From Chlorokybus atmophyticus (taxonomy: Eukaryota > Plantae > Mesostigma and Chlorokybus algae): a stretch of 64,000 nt of DNA. This document shows positions 12,501 to 25,560 of this stretch, piece by piece (position 1 is the first letter of the stretch; each line of letters opens with the position of its first letter). Position numbers and translations under genes: made by a program. The stretch spans positions 248,001 through 312,000 of the forward strand of contig RHPI01002262.1 in NCBI GenBank assembly GCA_009103225.1, given 5' to 3'. The notes under the pieces were generated by a model. That model did no database searches. It saw only the letters and a program-made list of their open reading frames with translations, and was not told where the DNA came from.

Positions 12501-13700
12501 TTTGAGGAACTTTTCAATATCAGCGTCTACAGCAACTTCGCGGCACTTTCTGACTGTAAGAAGTGATTGACGGATTTGGTATATGAACAGCAAATAAGGC
12601 TTGTATAATGTGAAAACTGAGAACGATTGTGTGAGACGAAACTTGATATAATATGACGGTCTGCTATACACGTTACCATCAAAGAACCCACGGTTGTGCG
12701 AAAATCACATGGGAAACAGAGCAGACTCAACAGTTAAACCAGGAATGTTGCACGCCCCGCCTGTATCCATGTGTATCAAAAGAGGAACACAAGGCTCACG
12801 CAGCAACATATGTCCAATGCGCAACATGGTGTCCATTGTGACTTTAACTATGCTGCGCAAAGGAAATGGCAGCAAAGTGGTTAAAACGTATGTGTATGCT
12901 GATTCACCAGTGTTTAAAGGATTACAATCCCGTGCACGAGACACAATGCTGCGAATAATAGATGAACCAATAGTGGGAATGCCGTCAAAACCAAATGGTT
13001 GTTCTGCCGAGGTCTAATATTTCTAAACGAGAGTGTTGAACGATAATAGCTCGCTCAACAACTCCAGCAACAAGATGGCATGTTGGTTCGGATGTGTGAA
13101 ATCATTCCAAGTGATGGACGGACCGTTATTCATATTCAACTGCTGAACTTGGCCAAAAGTGAAACTGTATGAGTTATATAAGTCGCGAAACACTATGGAC
13201 GTGTTGACAAGGGACAACATTTGCACTACCATGGTTTGTGCCTCCAACAACTTGCGAATGTACACTGCGCTGTGTAACACAATGTAACTTGAACGCTCCG
13301 ACCCATAACTACAACGATGGCATTGATAGTAATTACTATCACACTTAGTATAATGGGACACGAAGATATTAGCCAAATCATATGGTGCAATAGTGGGTAC
13401 TGATTGTCGATACATTGAACGATAAGTAGCAGCAGGAGAGTAAAACTGTACATGCCCGCACAGAGAACAATATTGCATTCGCGTGACAAACTTATGTTGT
13501 GCATCTTGCCAACAGGAGAGTAATCAGCAGTCGTCCTACAATTCGCAATGATGAGAGAAATCGCAGTGTCGCTCATAAGTCAAAGCGGATAACGGAACAA
13601 TACCAACTGGAACACGTTAACCGTCCTGGCATTCATCGCCATTCAAAAGAACAATCTCGGCACAGTCCAGCAATTAAAGCGTGCACTCAATCTCTAATGT
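9574..13700 (-). pseudogene. Helitron RepHel transposase (HUH Rep + PIF1-family SF1 helicase), fragmented by stops and frameshifts
   Basis: Rep motif I PHLLITMTAN (~12350), HUH motif II YETQHRGSLHAHVMLW (~12120), motif III YLAKYTTK (~11715). Helicase Walker A SGCPGAGKT (~10730), IINEFS, GDHKQLP, AYAITVHKWQG, YVALSRV (9600-9770). N-terminal Cys/His cluster CSLC...CHRC (~13300-13470). Confidence 0.92.
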
Positions 13701-14549
13701 GTTGCAATATGAAGCATATGGTGCAATATGGTTAGCAACTTGCAGTTAAGTGTTACAAAACTTGATGTTCAACGTAACGTTCACGCCACGGGACGTCATA
13801 AATGATTTTGTGAGTAATGCTAAGGTTACAACCATCAAATTAGTGCTAACCAGAATTACCTTAACGTTAAGATTCAACTAAACGAAAAATTGCATCGTTA
13901 GGCCACCATTCGGTCACGCATGAATTTGATCAAATGGGATCGCCACGGTGACAACAGCCGTTACTGAAAAAGGCAGCGAATTCGCCAATCATTGCAAAGC
14001 TGCGTAAAAGATGCTGAAAACTATCTCAGCGGCAACTGCTTACCAGCGGCGACCCAATATCGCTAGGGATTCGGTGCAATTGCAGCACAGTTAGTGGTTA
14101 AAATGGCCGCGTTTTTGGTGGTACGAGGTCGGGGCAGGCCCCATACCCCAAAGACATGCCGCCACTGCTCACCCTCGTGTTAACTGATCCACTCTACCAT
14201 GTAACGCTAATTGATTACACGCTATAGTGACGGCGTCATCAAACATGGTCAACAGCCGAAACATGTAATAAAGTTCCACGACTAAAGCGTGCTTCATGGG
14301 TGCCTTTTGCGAGCGTTTCTCGACACTAAGGTATCAGTCTGATAGTACCCCCTGGTAGCCATTTTATCACTACCTACCGGTACTAGGCCCACCTTAACTC
14401 ATGAAGGTACAAATACTCATGATTGACTGATCGCAAGGAGGTGTCTGACATCACGTCATACCGGTTCGGTAAAAGCATAACCGTATTGAACTCTGGCCGC
14501 GCCGCGGCAGCGCTCTCATGATAACCTTACCGTACGGCGCATACCCCGC

Positions 14550-17500
14550 GTCAATGTTGCATAGGGCCACTTTCCACTGCTACGGCAGAGGGGTTCCGTC
14601 GCCCCGCGCAGTCTACGCACATTGCCAGCGGCAGCGTGGCCCGCAAGCGTGGTGGCGGCGGGAACGGCGACGCCCACCTCATCGGTGACATAGGCTACGG
14701 CGAAGGCAGCGGTGCACTCTCTGTGCCTCTGTCGTCGTTGAGCTCGCCAACGAGGCGGGGGGCCTCCAGCCAGGTAATCATCACGGCGGCCGCCCAGGCA
14801 GCTGGCAAGTTGGAGGGTGCAATGGGGGAGGAAGAGGCGGAAGGAGAGGGGGAGGATGTTGAGCGGGGGATGGGTGGCATTGCCGACAAGGGCGGCGAGG
14901 ACAACGGCATTGGTGGCGGAGGACAGCAAGAGCATGCCAAGCAGCAGGAAGCAGCTGACGCCGCCCAGCCTGCTGAGCCTGGGCGGGAACCGGCGCCCAA
15001 GCTTAAACTTGAAGTGCTTACACAGGTAAGCAGCAATCCTGCTGTAGCTTGCAAGCTGGCTTTATTACAGGAGCATTGAGGTCGTATAAGGGGTGGCCAG
15101 CTCTTGTTGAAGCATATGCTGTTGCAAGCATAGTCGTCAATGCAACAGCCAGGTTACGGCTAGCGTCATGACGCAGTGGGCCTTTAGGATTTTGCCAAAA
15201 CTGCGCAGTTGCTGTCTACATTGCGTATGTGCCGGAAGTTCGGCTGTCTCAAGCTCTGTTGATCTAGGCTTGGGATCTTGCAGCCTGGCCTCAAGCATTA
15301 ATGACAACATAGTCAGTCAGCATCAACTGGTTGACACTGATGGTATGTGGTCCGAAGACTGGTGCTCTCAGTGCACATGCACGTGTGGGCGTGTATGTTA
15401 CAGGTGTTACAGTAACTTGACAAAGTCTGATTGCACAGTGCATTGCGTTGTTGCCAGCAGCAGCTGCGTATGAGCAGCCGGAAGGTTGGCTGTCTCAAGC
15501 TCTGTTGATCTAGGCTTGGGATCTTTCAGCCTGCCAGTAGGCATTGATGACAACTTAGTCAGTCAGTCAGTCAGCATCAACTGGTTGACACTGATAGTAT
15601 GTGGTCCGAAGACTAGTGCACGTGTGTGGGCGTGTATGTTACAGGTGTTACAGAAACTGGACAAAGTCTGATTGCACAGTGCATTGCATTGTTGCCAGAA
15701 GCAGCTGCTGCTCAAGGTGATGCTCAGGTTGCAATTATCTGCTTGGCAGGCGCAACTGGACGCTTTCTCATGGGCGATGCTTGTAGCAACTGTCATTATC
15801 GCCATAAGTGTGGTCAGCACGGCACTAGTCAAGCTTGAATTTTATATGACACCCATGGGCTATCCGACTCTGTGGTTCAGCATCTTCGGCCTAGCTCTCT
15901 TCGATGTCCTCTTCCTAATCTCGCTGACATTGATATGTGTGTACTGCTGGCGGTGCTTGTACCAGCAGCCTTGGCACGAGTGGGACAGAGAACAGGTTAG
16001 TTACATAACAAGCAATGGCACACAGAGTTCGCATTGCTCTTACACAACTGTCTTCATGTCAATGACAGGTGTGGACAGTCTGTATGCTGTTTACTTACAT
16101 GCTCGCTGTCGCTCCCATCGTAAGGATCTGGATGTACGCACATGGTCTAGAGATCAGGCCCTTTTTCTTCTCGGTAATTAACATCACTTCTTCAATCAGC
16201 TTGGCCAACTACTATGCCTGGTGGTGAGTATTTTACTTTCCGTTCAGCTGCAGATACATGCCACACAAGTCCATCCTGCTAGCCAGTATGCTCTGCATAG
16301 ATGCGTGTAGTACCAACTGGATGCTGTGGATGATGTGCATGCTGCCAATGAGGCAACTCCGGTTGGCATGGGGTATTCATTTGCTTACTCATATGTTGCT
16401 ACAGCGCGTGTGTTGTCCATTCCTACCGGATCGTGACTCCCAAGCTGCCAACCACGTTCTATGTTGACAAGGTAAGGGTTGGCTGTGGCAAATGCATGCC
16501 ATGTAGTTTTCCAACTCACCAGGACATCGCAGGCGGTCTTCATGGTCTTGTATGTAACTGCTCGCGTTCTGCTGCTTGAAAGATTCCCATTTACAACGCA
16601 TCCGGCGCCGATGGTTTCTGTCATAGCTGCTGTCCGAGTGCTTGTACATGCGTCTCCGCCAATAAAAGCGTGTACAGGACAGCTCATCTTATCGGCGTGT
16701 GACTTTCTGCTGTACATGTACGTCGCATGCCATATATACAAGACTGCCAAGGCAGTGCAGCTTTTCCCTATCTCCAAGTATAGGTACTGTCTGCCATTGT
16801 CGCCGTCACATTTGATGATACCGCTCCTTCCTGTGCTGCTCACATAGATCATTGCTGAGCAGGCGCCAGCGGCTCAGCCATAAGTTCTTTGTGTTTAGCA
16901 TAGCTGTGATATGGGCACTGTCCATAAGCGGAGGCGCGCTGGTAAACCTTTTGCTGCTGTTGAATGCATGCAGTTTGCGGCAATTGCAGTGCATGTTGAT
17001 AAGATTGGAACTGCATTTGTAAATGTATACATATACGCAGGCCATGTTAATCAAGCCCATATCCGAGTTCTACACACCGGGAGTGGCGATGGCGAATTTT
17101 GCAGGCACAAGCTTCCCGCTGCTGCTTGTGATAATAGGATCTGGTGCTATGGTGTTTGTGCAGGTGAGCGTGCTCTTGCAATGCAGTTCTTGGTGCCATG
17201 CGGTTGTTAGCGTTGGACTTGGTTGACCACCTTGTGTGCTTACTGCAGGCCTATGTACGGCTACCAGCAAATGCAGGTTTTTTCCGCACCCGATGTGACA
17301 TATCTCCGGAGAGCACAGCGTTTGTGAAGTATGATCTGTACGAGCCACCATGTGGCGAGCGCAGCACAGAGCCAGTGTTTGCACTGAACACGTGGTGAGT
17401 TTAAGCACAGTGCATGCCAGTACTCCGCTGTGTGCGCGTACGCACACAGTGGAATGCACAGCTTGCGTAGGTATGTATCATGTGCATGCGCAGACGTACA

Positions 17501-19478
17501 TGCATGCACGCACATCAACCACCCAACCCCCAAGCGCGCAGACATGAGCACGCACGTGCACGCACAGCCATGCGCACCACCACGCACACGCGCACGGAGT
17601 GCGCGTCTGCATGTGCATCCGCGCATGGCCCAGTTGTAACCCTGCCTTGCAAACTGAAAGTGAACCTTGTCTTCAGCGCTTTGTGTCTGAGCACCTCCAT
17701 ACTCGCTTACCGGAGCCCTTTGCAAGTGCATAGTATTTTGAGCAGCAGCAGCAGCAGCCAGCAGGCTGCAATGGACGCACATGGTTCAGTGGATAGCGAT
17801 CAGCTGCAGTTCGTAGGTCGAGCAGTTGGAGTCATGCACACCACCGCGTATGTATTCACAACAAGGTAGGCGTCTACTTTGCAACAGTGCCTGTTTACTT
17901 GGTGGTGTGATGTTGCTTCAAAAAGAGCCTGTTTGGCCCATGCCCTTGTCAATGTTTGACTCTGGGTTGCTGACACGTTCAGTGACTTCATCGTTGTTGC
18001 ATTTCGTGGAACTGCCTCATTGAGCGGAGTCCGAGCAGACCTATTCTTTCCCTTGGTGCCCATGGACGCCTGTTACATGCACTTGAAGAGGTCATCTACA
18101 AAGGATGCCCGATCAGAGTAAGTTGCTGACAGATGCAGCATGTATCAGCCCGGTGGGTAGTATCCAGCATGTTAATGTTCCCACACGTGTGCTTGTGACA
18201 GTACTGAAGCTCATCTGAAGACAGACAAACCGCATGCTCTGCACGCCACTTCTTCTGCTGTGGAACTGGTTGTTGAATCTCCAAGTGTCAGCCAGCCATC
18301 TGTCTCTACTAGGCTGACAAGGTTACCCGCGTCTCCAAGCACAGCTGAGGATTTGGTGGATCTGGCTTCTACTTCGTTCACACCAACTGGTCCAAGTGGA
18401 TCTGTTAAGAAAGTGCATACAGGGTTCTACAGCTGCTGGCGGAGTGTGGCATGCCAGGTACTTGTTGTCACACAAGAAAATACACCAACATTCTATCTGC
18501 AGCTCTTTATTACCTTCAACAAACTTCAGCTCGTATAATACCTTGTGTGTCATGCAGGTTGTCTCGCTGGTGGAGAAAGCGCGCTCAGGCGGCAGTGCCG
18601 GCAAGCGACTGCTCATATGTGGGCACTCACTTGGAGGTGCTCTCGCCATGCTGTGCGCATATGATATGACAACTGTGTTGGGCCTGGCACCAGCTGACGT
18701 TACCGTCTACACGTTTGGTTCCCCACGCTTGGGTAATCAAAGATCTTTGGGTAGGGAGTATGCAGGTAACCAGAGCACTAACTGGAGCTCTATGCAGGTA
18801 ACCATGCCTTTGCCGTCAACTATGAAAGCAAAGTGCCGAGGACGTTCCGGGTTGTTCTGGTCAGGGACATGGTGAGCCTTCTACCTCGCATGCCCCAGCA
18901 TACATTTGCTCAACCGTAGTGTGCTGAACAGAGTTTTGGCAACTCACGTATGTGCGCGCATATGTGTTGGTGATCTGGTTGGTCTTTGTGTGCTCGCGGG
19001 TAGGCGGGCGCACATGTTGTTGTGCGCGTGCACGGTCTCTTACATGATGTGTCTGACATTGCACGCATTGCAGGTGGCCAAACTCCCGCCACCATGGCGG
19101 AGCTTGTTTGGGTTCAAGCATGCGGGCCAGCTTGTCTTGTTGGACCGCCATGCAGGGATGCTCCTCAATCCGTCTTTTGCGGATAGGATCATGCTTCATG
19201 GCTTGCAAGTTGGATCCCTGCAGCGCCACCTTGCCTCCAGCTACGTCAAAGCACTTGACAGGTGGCGGCGCAGGGAGCACGGGGATGACAAGCAGTTCTC
19301 TTTCCCGTTCCCATGGAATGGCCAGGCTGTTCCTCCAAGCGCAAGTATCAGTGCAGCAAGCAGCCGACAGATGCATAACGTGGACAGCTTGTCTTCCATC
19401 ATGCCTGATGAGGTCAAGGACGGCGCCCTCACAGCTGAACCAACTACTACAGTGTGGGTTCAGCTCACAAACGAGTGA
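14550..19478 (+). CDS. Class-3 lipase (alpha/beta hydrolase) with an N-terminal multi-transmembrane region; 5' structure uncertain
   Basis: The lipase exons join cleanly: IVVAFRGT (~17995), KVHTGFYSCW (~18415), LICGHSLGGALA (GxSxG, ~18620), VYTFGSPRLG|NHAFA (phase-1 intron), RVVLVRDM|VAKLPP (catalytic Asp), HLASSY (His candidate), stop at 19478. Hydrophobic exons lie at 15750-17165. No in-frame ATG was found in the first recognisable exon. Confidence 0.75.
15242..15715 (+). repeat. Intragenic tandem duplication (~246-bp period) spanning an exon end, an intron and the next exon start of the lipase gene
   Basis: GGCTGTCTCAAGCTCTGTTGATCTAGGCTTGGGATCTT begins at both 15242 and 15488, each followed by near-identical GTATGTGGTCCGAAGACT...GTATGTTACAGGTGTTACAG. 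Confidence 0.9.
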
Positions 19479-22400
19479 AGGGCGGGTGAGGATGACTAAG
19501 TTGTACTTTGGACAGCTTCAACAAGAACCATTGCTGGTGACAATGGTTCAAGACTCTCACAGGTTTGACTGTCATTTACAGCAAACGGGTCCAGCACTTG
19601 ACCAACATCAAGTCCCTTCGCAAGTTGGTCTTATCCGTCATGCAGCCTACGCGACGCTCTGCACGGCTGTGCTGCACCTATTGCGAAGTGCACGCGCACA
19701 TCCGTGGTATGCCTTTCGACTGTATCCATGGGACAAGCATAAACGAAACACACTTGGTTTGCATATAATGCAGTAATGCGTTTGACACCTGCCTGTCTCC
19801 TGGCAGCATGGTGGTGGGAGTTAGTCACCGACCATGAGAAAGAAAGGCTTCAAAGGACTGTTGCACTACACGTGACACCGGCACCCACTGGTACCCAATT
19901 TGCAGTCCATTGGCCTAGGCGCGAGCCAACTGCAGCTGTAGCTGCAAGGTTAACACTTCGTTAGCAGGCTCTTGTCAATGCAGTGGCCAACCACCAGACT
20001 GAGCACGCAACCTGTGCCTATTCACCTCAACAGCTGCAATGAGCGTGCTGTTTGTGGACAAAGTGCAAGCAGTGAGTAATGAGGTCAACAATGCTGCAGG
20101 TGCAAACTATGGTACAAACTGTCTGGCGTGTACGTACATGTGCAAGTTTGTGCGTGCGCTTCTGCATGCCTGTGTGCGAGCATGAGTAGCTATGTGCTTG
20201 CTGTGATTATGTCCGTGCACAACGTGAGCGAGTGTGCGTGTGGTACATGCATATGCCTCACGCTGTCTGTACTTGCACACATGAACCCATGCATGCATGG
20301 GCATAGTACACAACAAATGGATTGGGGCATGTGCTCTTCATTATGTTCATGCAATGATGTGTCTGCGGGACTTGCCATAGGGGCACCCTGAGGGTGTTGG
20401 TGCGTGCATCACTGCAAGCCTATGTCTGCTTGTGCGCAATGGTTTTGCACTTTATGCTTACACATTGAACTAGGATGGAAGCTGACAGTTAGCAATATTT
20501 TGTGATGTGTGAGGTGATGTTACGTTCTTTTCGATATCTCACTAGTATTGCCATGAGTGCTGGCGATAGCTGATTACTTCAGCAATGGCACTAGCTTGGG
20601 TGAAAGTTATGGCTAGTTTCAAATATAGCGGCGGTTCAAACAATGCGTTCGCAATCACGCCCGTGCATCTCACAAGCGCACACGAAATATGCATCAGCAA
20701 TTGCAATACGGCATTGGTAAACATCCCGCCCGCTTGCGGTAGCCGACAACCGACGTAGGATGCGAATGGCGCCGAAACATTGGTTTGGATTCTTTTCATT
20801 GACAGCCTAACAAGTTACTCGAGCATATATGCTTGTAGGCAATATATACAAGGTGATGCCGCATCTGACCTGTTGTTTGCGCGCTCTGAAACATGACCAA
20901 GAGCGGCTGCGCTGAGGGGAGATGACTGTTTATGAGATGCGCCAGCAGGTGGAGGCGGCAGGGTCTAGTCTTTAAAGCTGCCACTCCTTTATTACGCTGA
21001 TTTGTTTTACTGGAGGCAATCTGGCACGCAAAGGTTGGATACTCCGATGCAATACTTCTACTAACTTGCTTTACCTAACCCTGATACATAACTCTTGCAG
21101 ATTTAGTTTAAATGAGAAACACAATTACAGGGGATGCTACGTGGTTTATGTAACTGTGATCACAGAATGCGGCTTTTTATGTGCATTTGTTAACACGTTA
21201 TGAACCAATAATTTGTTATCACAGCTTCTTAGTTGCACAAAGCATTACTTAGTGCAACATCTGCCGCACAGCATACATCATGTCTTTCAGCTTATACGTG
21301 CTTGTCGGTCAACATTTTATAATAAGAACGGTTTTGTATTGTGAGATGCAAATCACGAAGTTGTTTATGTGTATAAGATGCCATCAGTGCTGTGATAGCA
21401 CGGGCTTGTTAAAACTTCACGGTAATTAACTACAAACCTTTAGTAGTTAAGTGGTTTCTATTTCTCTTTAAGCCTGGCTCTCACTGTTAGCTTCTACATG
21501 TTCATGTACGAAAGTTTCAGGTTCATGAATATGATGTGTTTCAGGCCAAAACACATCATATATTTATTCTGAGTACCTTGGTTGGTTCATTATAAATGCG
21601 TAAATTCTATATTACCAATGCTGGGTTACGCACTCTCCAACATTATGGCTATGTAGTATTTATCAACTTTATTGTAGCATAAGTTTTCCTGATGACAAGC
21701 AAAGCATAACAAGCACATTACATTGTAGTTTTTGATGGTAAAACTTGTAGTAGACGTGCCTTTTACTATGTCATTATCTTATGACGAGGAGTATCTGGTC
21801 GTTTGTGTATAGTATGTTTTACTAACATTGAGACACAAAAGGCTGACGCAATGCTCGTTGTAAACCTTAAAGTGGACGATGTTCCACGCATTGCACATAA
21901 CATTATCGTTTGAGTCGATTAAAAAATGGCAAACTCCCATATTTTTGAGCCATATAGGTTTATTTAGCATGGCGTATGAAGTAAGCTTGCAGGATGGATA
22001 ACTTAGCATACACGAGTTCAGCTTATATCCCGGACTTACGGCGACTAATCCCCCTAGGGAAGGACTCCTCCCCTCCTTTCACCAACGTCGTGAACATGAA
22101 ATTTTAACTACTGCACTCTGTTTATACAACGGATTAATTTTGCATTCGTATGCGTTATATTCATATTCATGTTACACTTGCCATGTGAACACTATTTAAC
22201 CGCACCTTGTAAAGCACATACGTTATATTAGCCAAGTATTAATCGTACATGCCATGCATTTTCACGCATGCTACGCGCATCACTTACTGGTGCATCACGC
22301 GGCATGCACACATGTAATATAATAATAAAATATTGTGTTGTAATATGCTTGTATCGGCTTTCCATTGGCAGATGCAATGCATATATGCCGTGTCAACCTG

Positions 22401-22689
22401 TTGGTCTTAATCTCTTTGTGCAACAATGATCATCAATGTATGGCACGCGACACCGTGTGCAATGTCATTATCAATATAATAAAAATATGCATAAGAAAAT
22501 TTAAGTGAATTGAAAGTTGCAAGCATAGTGTGCACATGCCCTGCGCCGCATCTGCATATGATTATCTTGCGGTCATGCTGTTGATGCAAATTGTAATACG
22601 TAAAGTCCGTTTGTGAACAAGTTTAGGACCGTTCTTATTGATCATGTATGATTGTAATGTACATCATGTAAAGTTGATACAATTTCAAA

Positions 22690-23560
22690 AAAGTCTTGAT
22701 ACCAGGCGAGCAAATGCACCGCATTGCTTGCCACCATTATCCAAGTAATACCCCTGACTTACAAGCAAGCGCTTTATGTGATACTTTACGTGTTAGCTCT
22801 CACATTTTAAAACCAACGTGTTATGTTAACAACATGTTATAACATGCCCAACTTGAATAATCATCAAGTAAGTGTCAAGCAAATTTTATGAATGGTCATT
22901 TGCGTGGAATTTTTACACTGCCCATACGACACAATTTTGCTCTATCTCTTTGAAAAATGAGAACCATGCATTTGTAAAAATACCATTTTCAGAGACACTC
23001 ATCACCGCGATAACAACAAGTTTACACAAGCCAACCAAAAACAACCGGCGGCTTCTTATCACGGTTAAGAACATTCTCGTTGATGATGTGTACATGTACA
23101 ATTGTAATGTACAATATGTAAAAGTGATAAATAATACAAAATGTTGTGATACGAAGCGAGCAAATGCACCACATTGTTTGCCACCATTATCAAAGTAATG
23201 TAAATGAAATAACGCCCCTGACTTATAAGCAAGCAGTTTTTGTAATACTTTATATGTCAGCTCTACATTACAAAACTGACATGTTTTGTTTATAACATGG
23301 CCCGGCCAGATTAATTATCAAGTGAGTGTTCAGCAATTTCTATGGATTGTTATTTGCGTCAGATTTTTGCACTGCATGTGCGGCACGTTCGACACAATTG
23401 TGGTCTACCTCCTTGAAAAATGATAAGCATACACTTGAAAGAATGTCATTTGTTAACATACATCTGTGACCGCAATGACAAGTTTACACAAGTCAACAAT
23501 AAACAGCCGGCGGCATCGTATGATATTTAATATATATGTCGCTGTCGTGCGCATGGCATG
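22690..23560. repeat. Diverged direct duplication of a ~450-bp AT-rich unit
   Basis: GCGAGCAAATGCACC(G/A)CATTG(C/T)TTGCCACCATTAT at ~22706 and ~23156; ACAAGTTTACACAAG...AA(A)CA(A/G)CCGGCGGC at ~23015 and ~23478. Confidence 0.8.
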
Positions 23561-25560
23561 AAGGTAGCTACCGTATACCTCTATAGACCTTGATGTAGAC
23601 ATGTCACTATCCAATATATTATAAGCTAAATCATTTATTTGTGCACATGTCAGGAAGCTAATTTTAAGCTGTATGCATTCTTTAATAATGCATTAATGGG
23701 TTGAGTGATATTGATAATCATGACGTTACTAGTTATGTGGTTGAGTAAAAAGCGTACAAGATGCGCTTACCGTACTTCGTCGAACAACCCACCTTAACAA
23801 ACAAAGACCCCCCCCCCCCCCCCCNCCCCCCCTCCCCCCTATTTCAGGGGGGGGGGTAAAAGGGGGGGTCTATTGTACCACGGGGGTAGTATTAATGCGC
23901 GGCGTTTCGCTGCATCGCGTCAATTACACGACGCAACGTAACCCGGCACCGTATTCGGCTCCTGCCAGTCGCGAAATACGGCGCAGTAGCTTCCGCAGTA
24001 GCCTGCAGCGGCGGTGGCACGGCCGTGGCAATGCCACGGCCATGAGCATTATCTTAGACCATTTGATGTACATAAAGTGCGGAATAATGCAATGCTTTCA
24101 CCAACTTATACACCCCCCACTTGTTGGGGTTGTATAAGGGGGGGTATTAGGGTAGGAGGGTTCCATGACAAACAAAGCCCCCTGCGGGCATTTCAAGGGG
24201 GGAGGGACGGAATAGAAGGGGGGTTGTATTCGAAATACGTTAAGTCCGTAATAAGGACTTGCAACCGAGAGTGGAAAATAAGGCACCACGCGTTAGCGAA
24301 CTCACGCATGGTGGTAGCAACAATTTCTGCGGGATTCACGTAAGTGGGTACCAATCTATCACCAATCAATATAGTAGTAAGCCAAGCGCAAACCATGAAT
24401 AAAGCTGTGTTTGAGTCCTAATATTTATCTTAATATTTATTATAAATAAATATAAGTGACGGAACAACTATTGGATCTTGCAAAGGCATTTAACAATAAA
24501 AATGAGTGTGGGCTCATTTCGGGCGGTTGTTTGCTGCGATCAATAAGCCTACTTTGAGTCGCAATTAGGGACAACCAAACATTAACCTGTTCAGTTTTGG
24601 TTGCTGTAGTTAAGCTCACCTTTGTAGAAACTCATGCACGCCTGAGTTTCTACATGCAATTGCATAATTGCCTTATTTACTAATGATATAAAAGGTCGTT
24701 CTTAAGACCTCAATTAAGAACCAAAAAAGATGAAAAGTGTTGGAGGTGCTAGAGCGCTGCATTAAATGAAACTCTCGTGACACATCTCAGATGCATACTA
24801 TAGTTGCTATGCAAACGCGCTTCGCCAAGCATAGCACATATATATATGAGCTTCATGGTGCGGAATTGTTAGATGGAGCGAGCAACGGACCCCTCCAAGG
24901 AATTGGGGCTATCAATTAATCTAAGAGGCGCAAGGTTTATTGTATCATATTTATTCAAGTAAAATTTATTTTTTTATTATTATATATGGTCTGAATAGTT
25001 GGAACTATCAAGTCCTCTCGCGTCTATAAGAATCCGCGGCTATCAAAAATAGCACGCGAGTAGGGCTAGTTTCGAAAAGTCGCAAAAATTCCGAAGTTAT
25101 TGACTCATACTTGGCACGCACATAAAAAGCGCTCAATAGCTTGAACTCGCTCAGTTACGACGTCGTAAGAATCTGTAAGTGATTGGCATGTTAAATGCTA
25201 CTCGCACGTAGGCCAAGGTAGCCGCCGACTCCTACAACCGCAAGTAGAATTAAACGAATTGGAAAGTCATGCGGGTTTGGCGACTTGCTTGAAACACGCC
25301 ACCTCGCTTGACTATGTCGAGCGAGTTCAATCTATTGAGAGGTTGTGGGGAACCAAAAGCCGAGTTGGCTGGTAGTTATCCTTTTCTCTCCTACTACTGG
25401 GTGCCCCACCGCGCCGTCCTTAGCCGAAGAGAATAGTTCACCGAGGCGAGGAATAGTTCTTGGCGAAGTCGCTAAGTGAACTATCGGGTTGAGAAGATTG
25501 AAGCCGAGATAGGTCTCGGCGGGGAAAGCGCGAAGTTGTTCGGAATTGGCGGTGCCGCTC

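Larger units (their letters stand above)
7400..14400 (-). mobile_element. Degenerate autonomous-type Helitron (RepHel plus GIY-YIG); termini not resolved
   Basis: Defined by the RepHel and GIY-YIG remnants. A candidate terminal hairpin lies at 14343-14385; no convincing CTRR plus hairpin 3' end was found. Boundaries are approximate. Confidence 0.7.

Noticed and set aside
7400-14400. Fanzor/TnpB cargo in the Helitron
   Set aside because: No RuvC (D..E..D) or C-terminal zinc-ribbon pattern was recognisable in any frame; the nuclease present is GIY-YIG.
19480-19964. Possible extra 3' exons of the lipase (…GLIRHAAY…, …WWWELVTDHEKERLQR…)
   Set aside because: The catalytic triad is already complete before the 19478 stop, and splice phases for the extension did not reconcile.
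20540-22010. AT-rich ORFs (20542-20799, 21779-22009) as possible viral or organellar inserts
   Set aside because: No identifiable domain; the lengths are within chance expectation.
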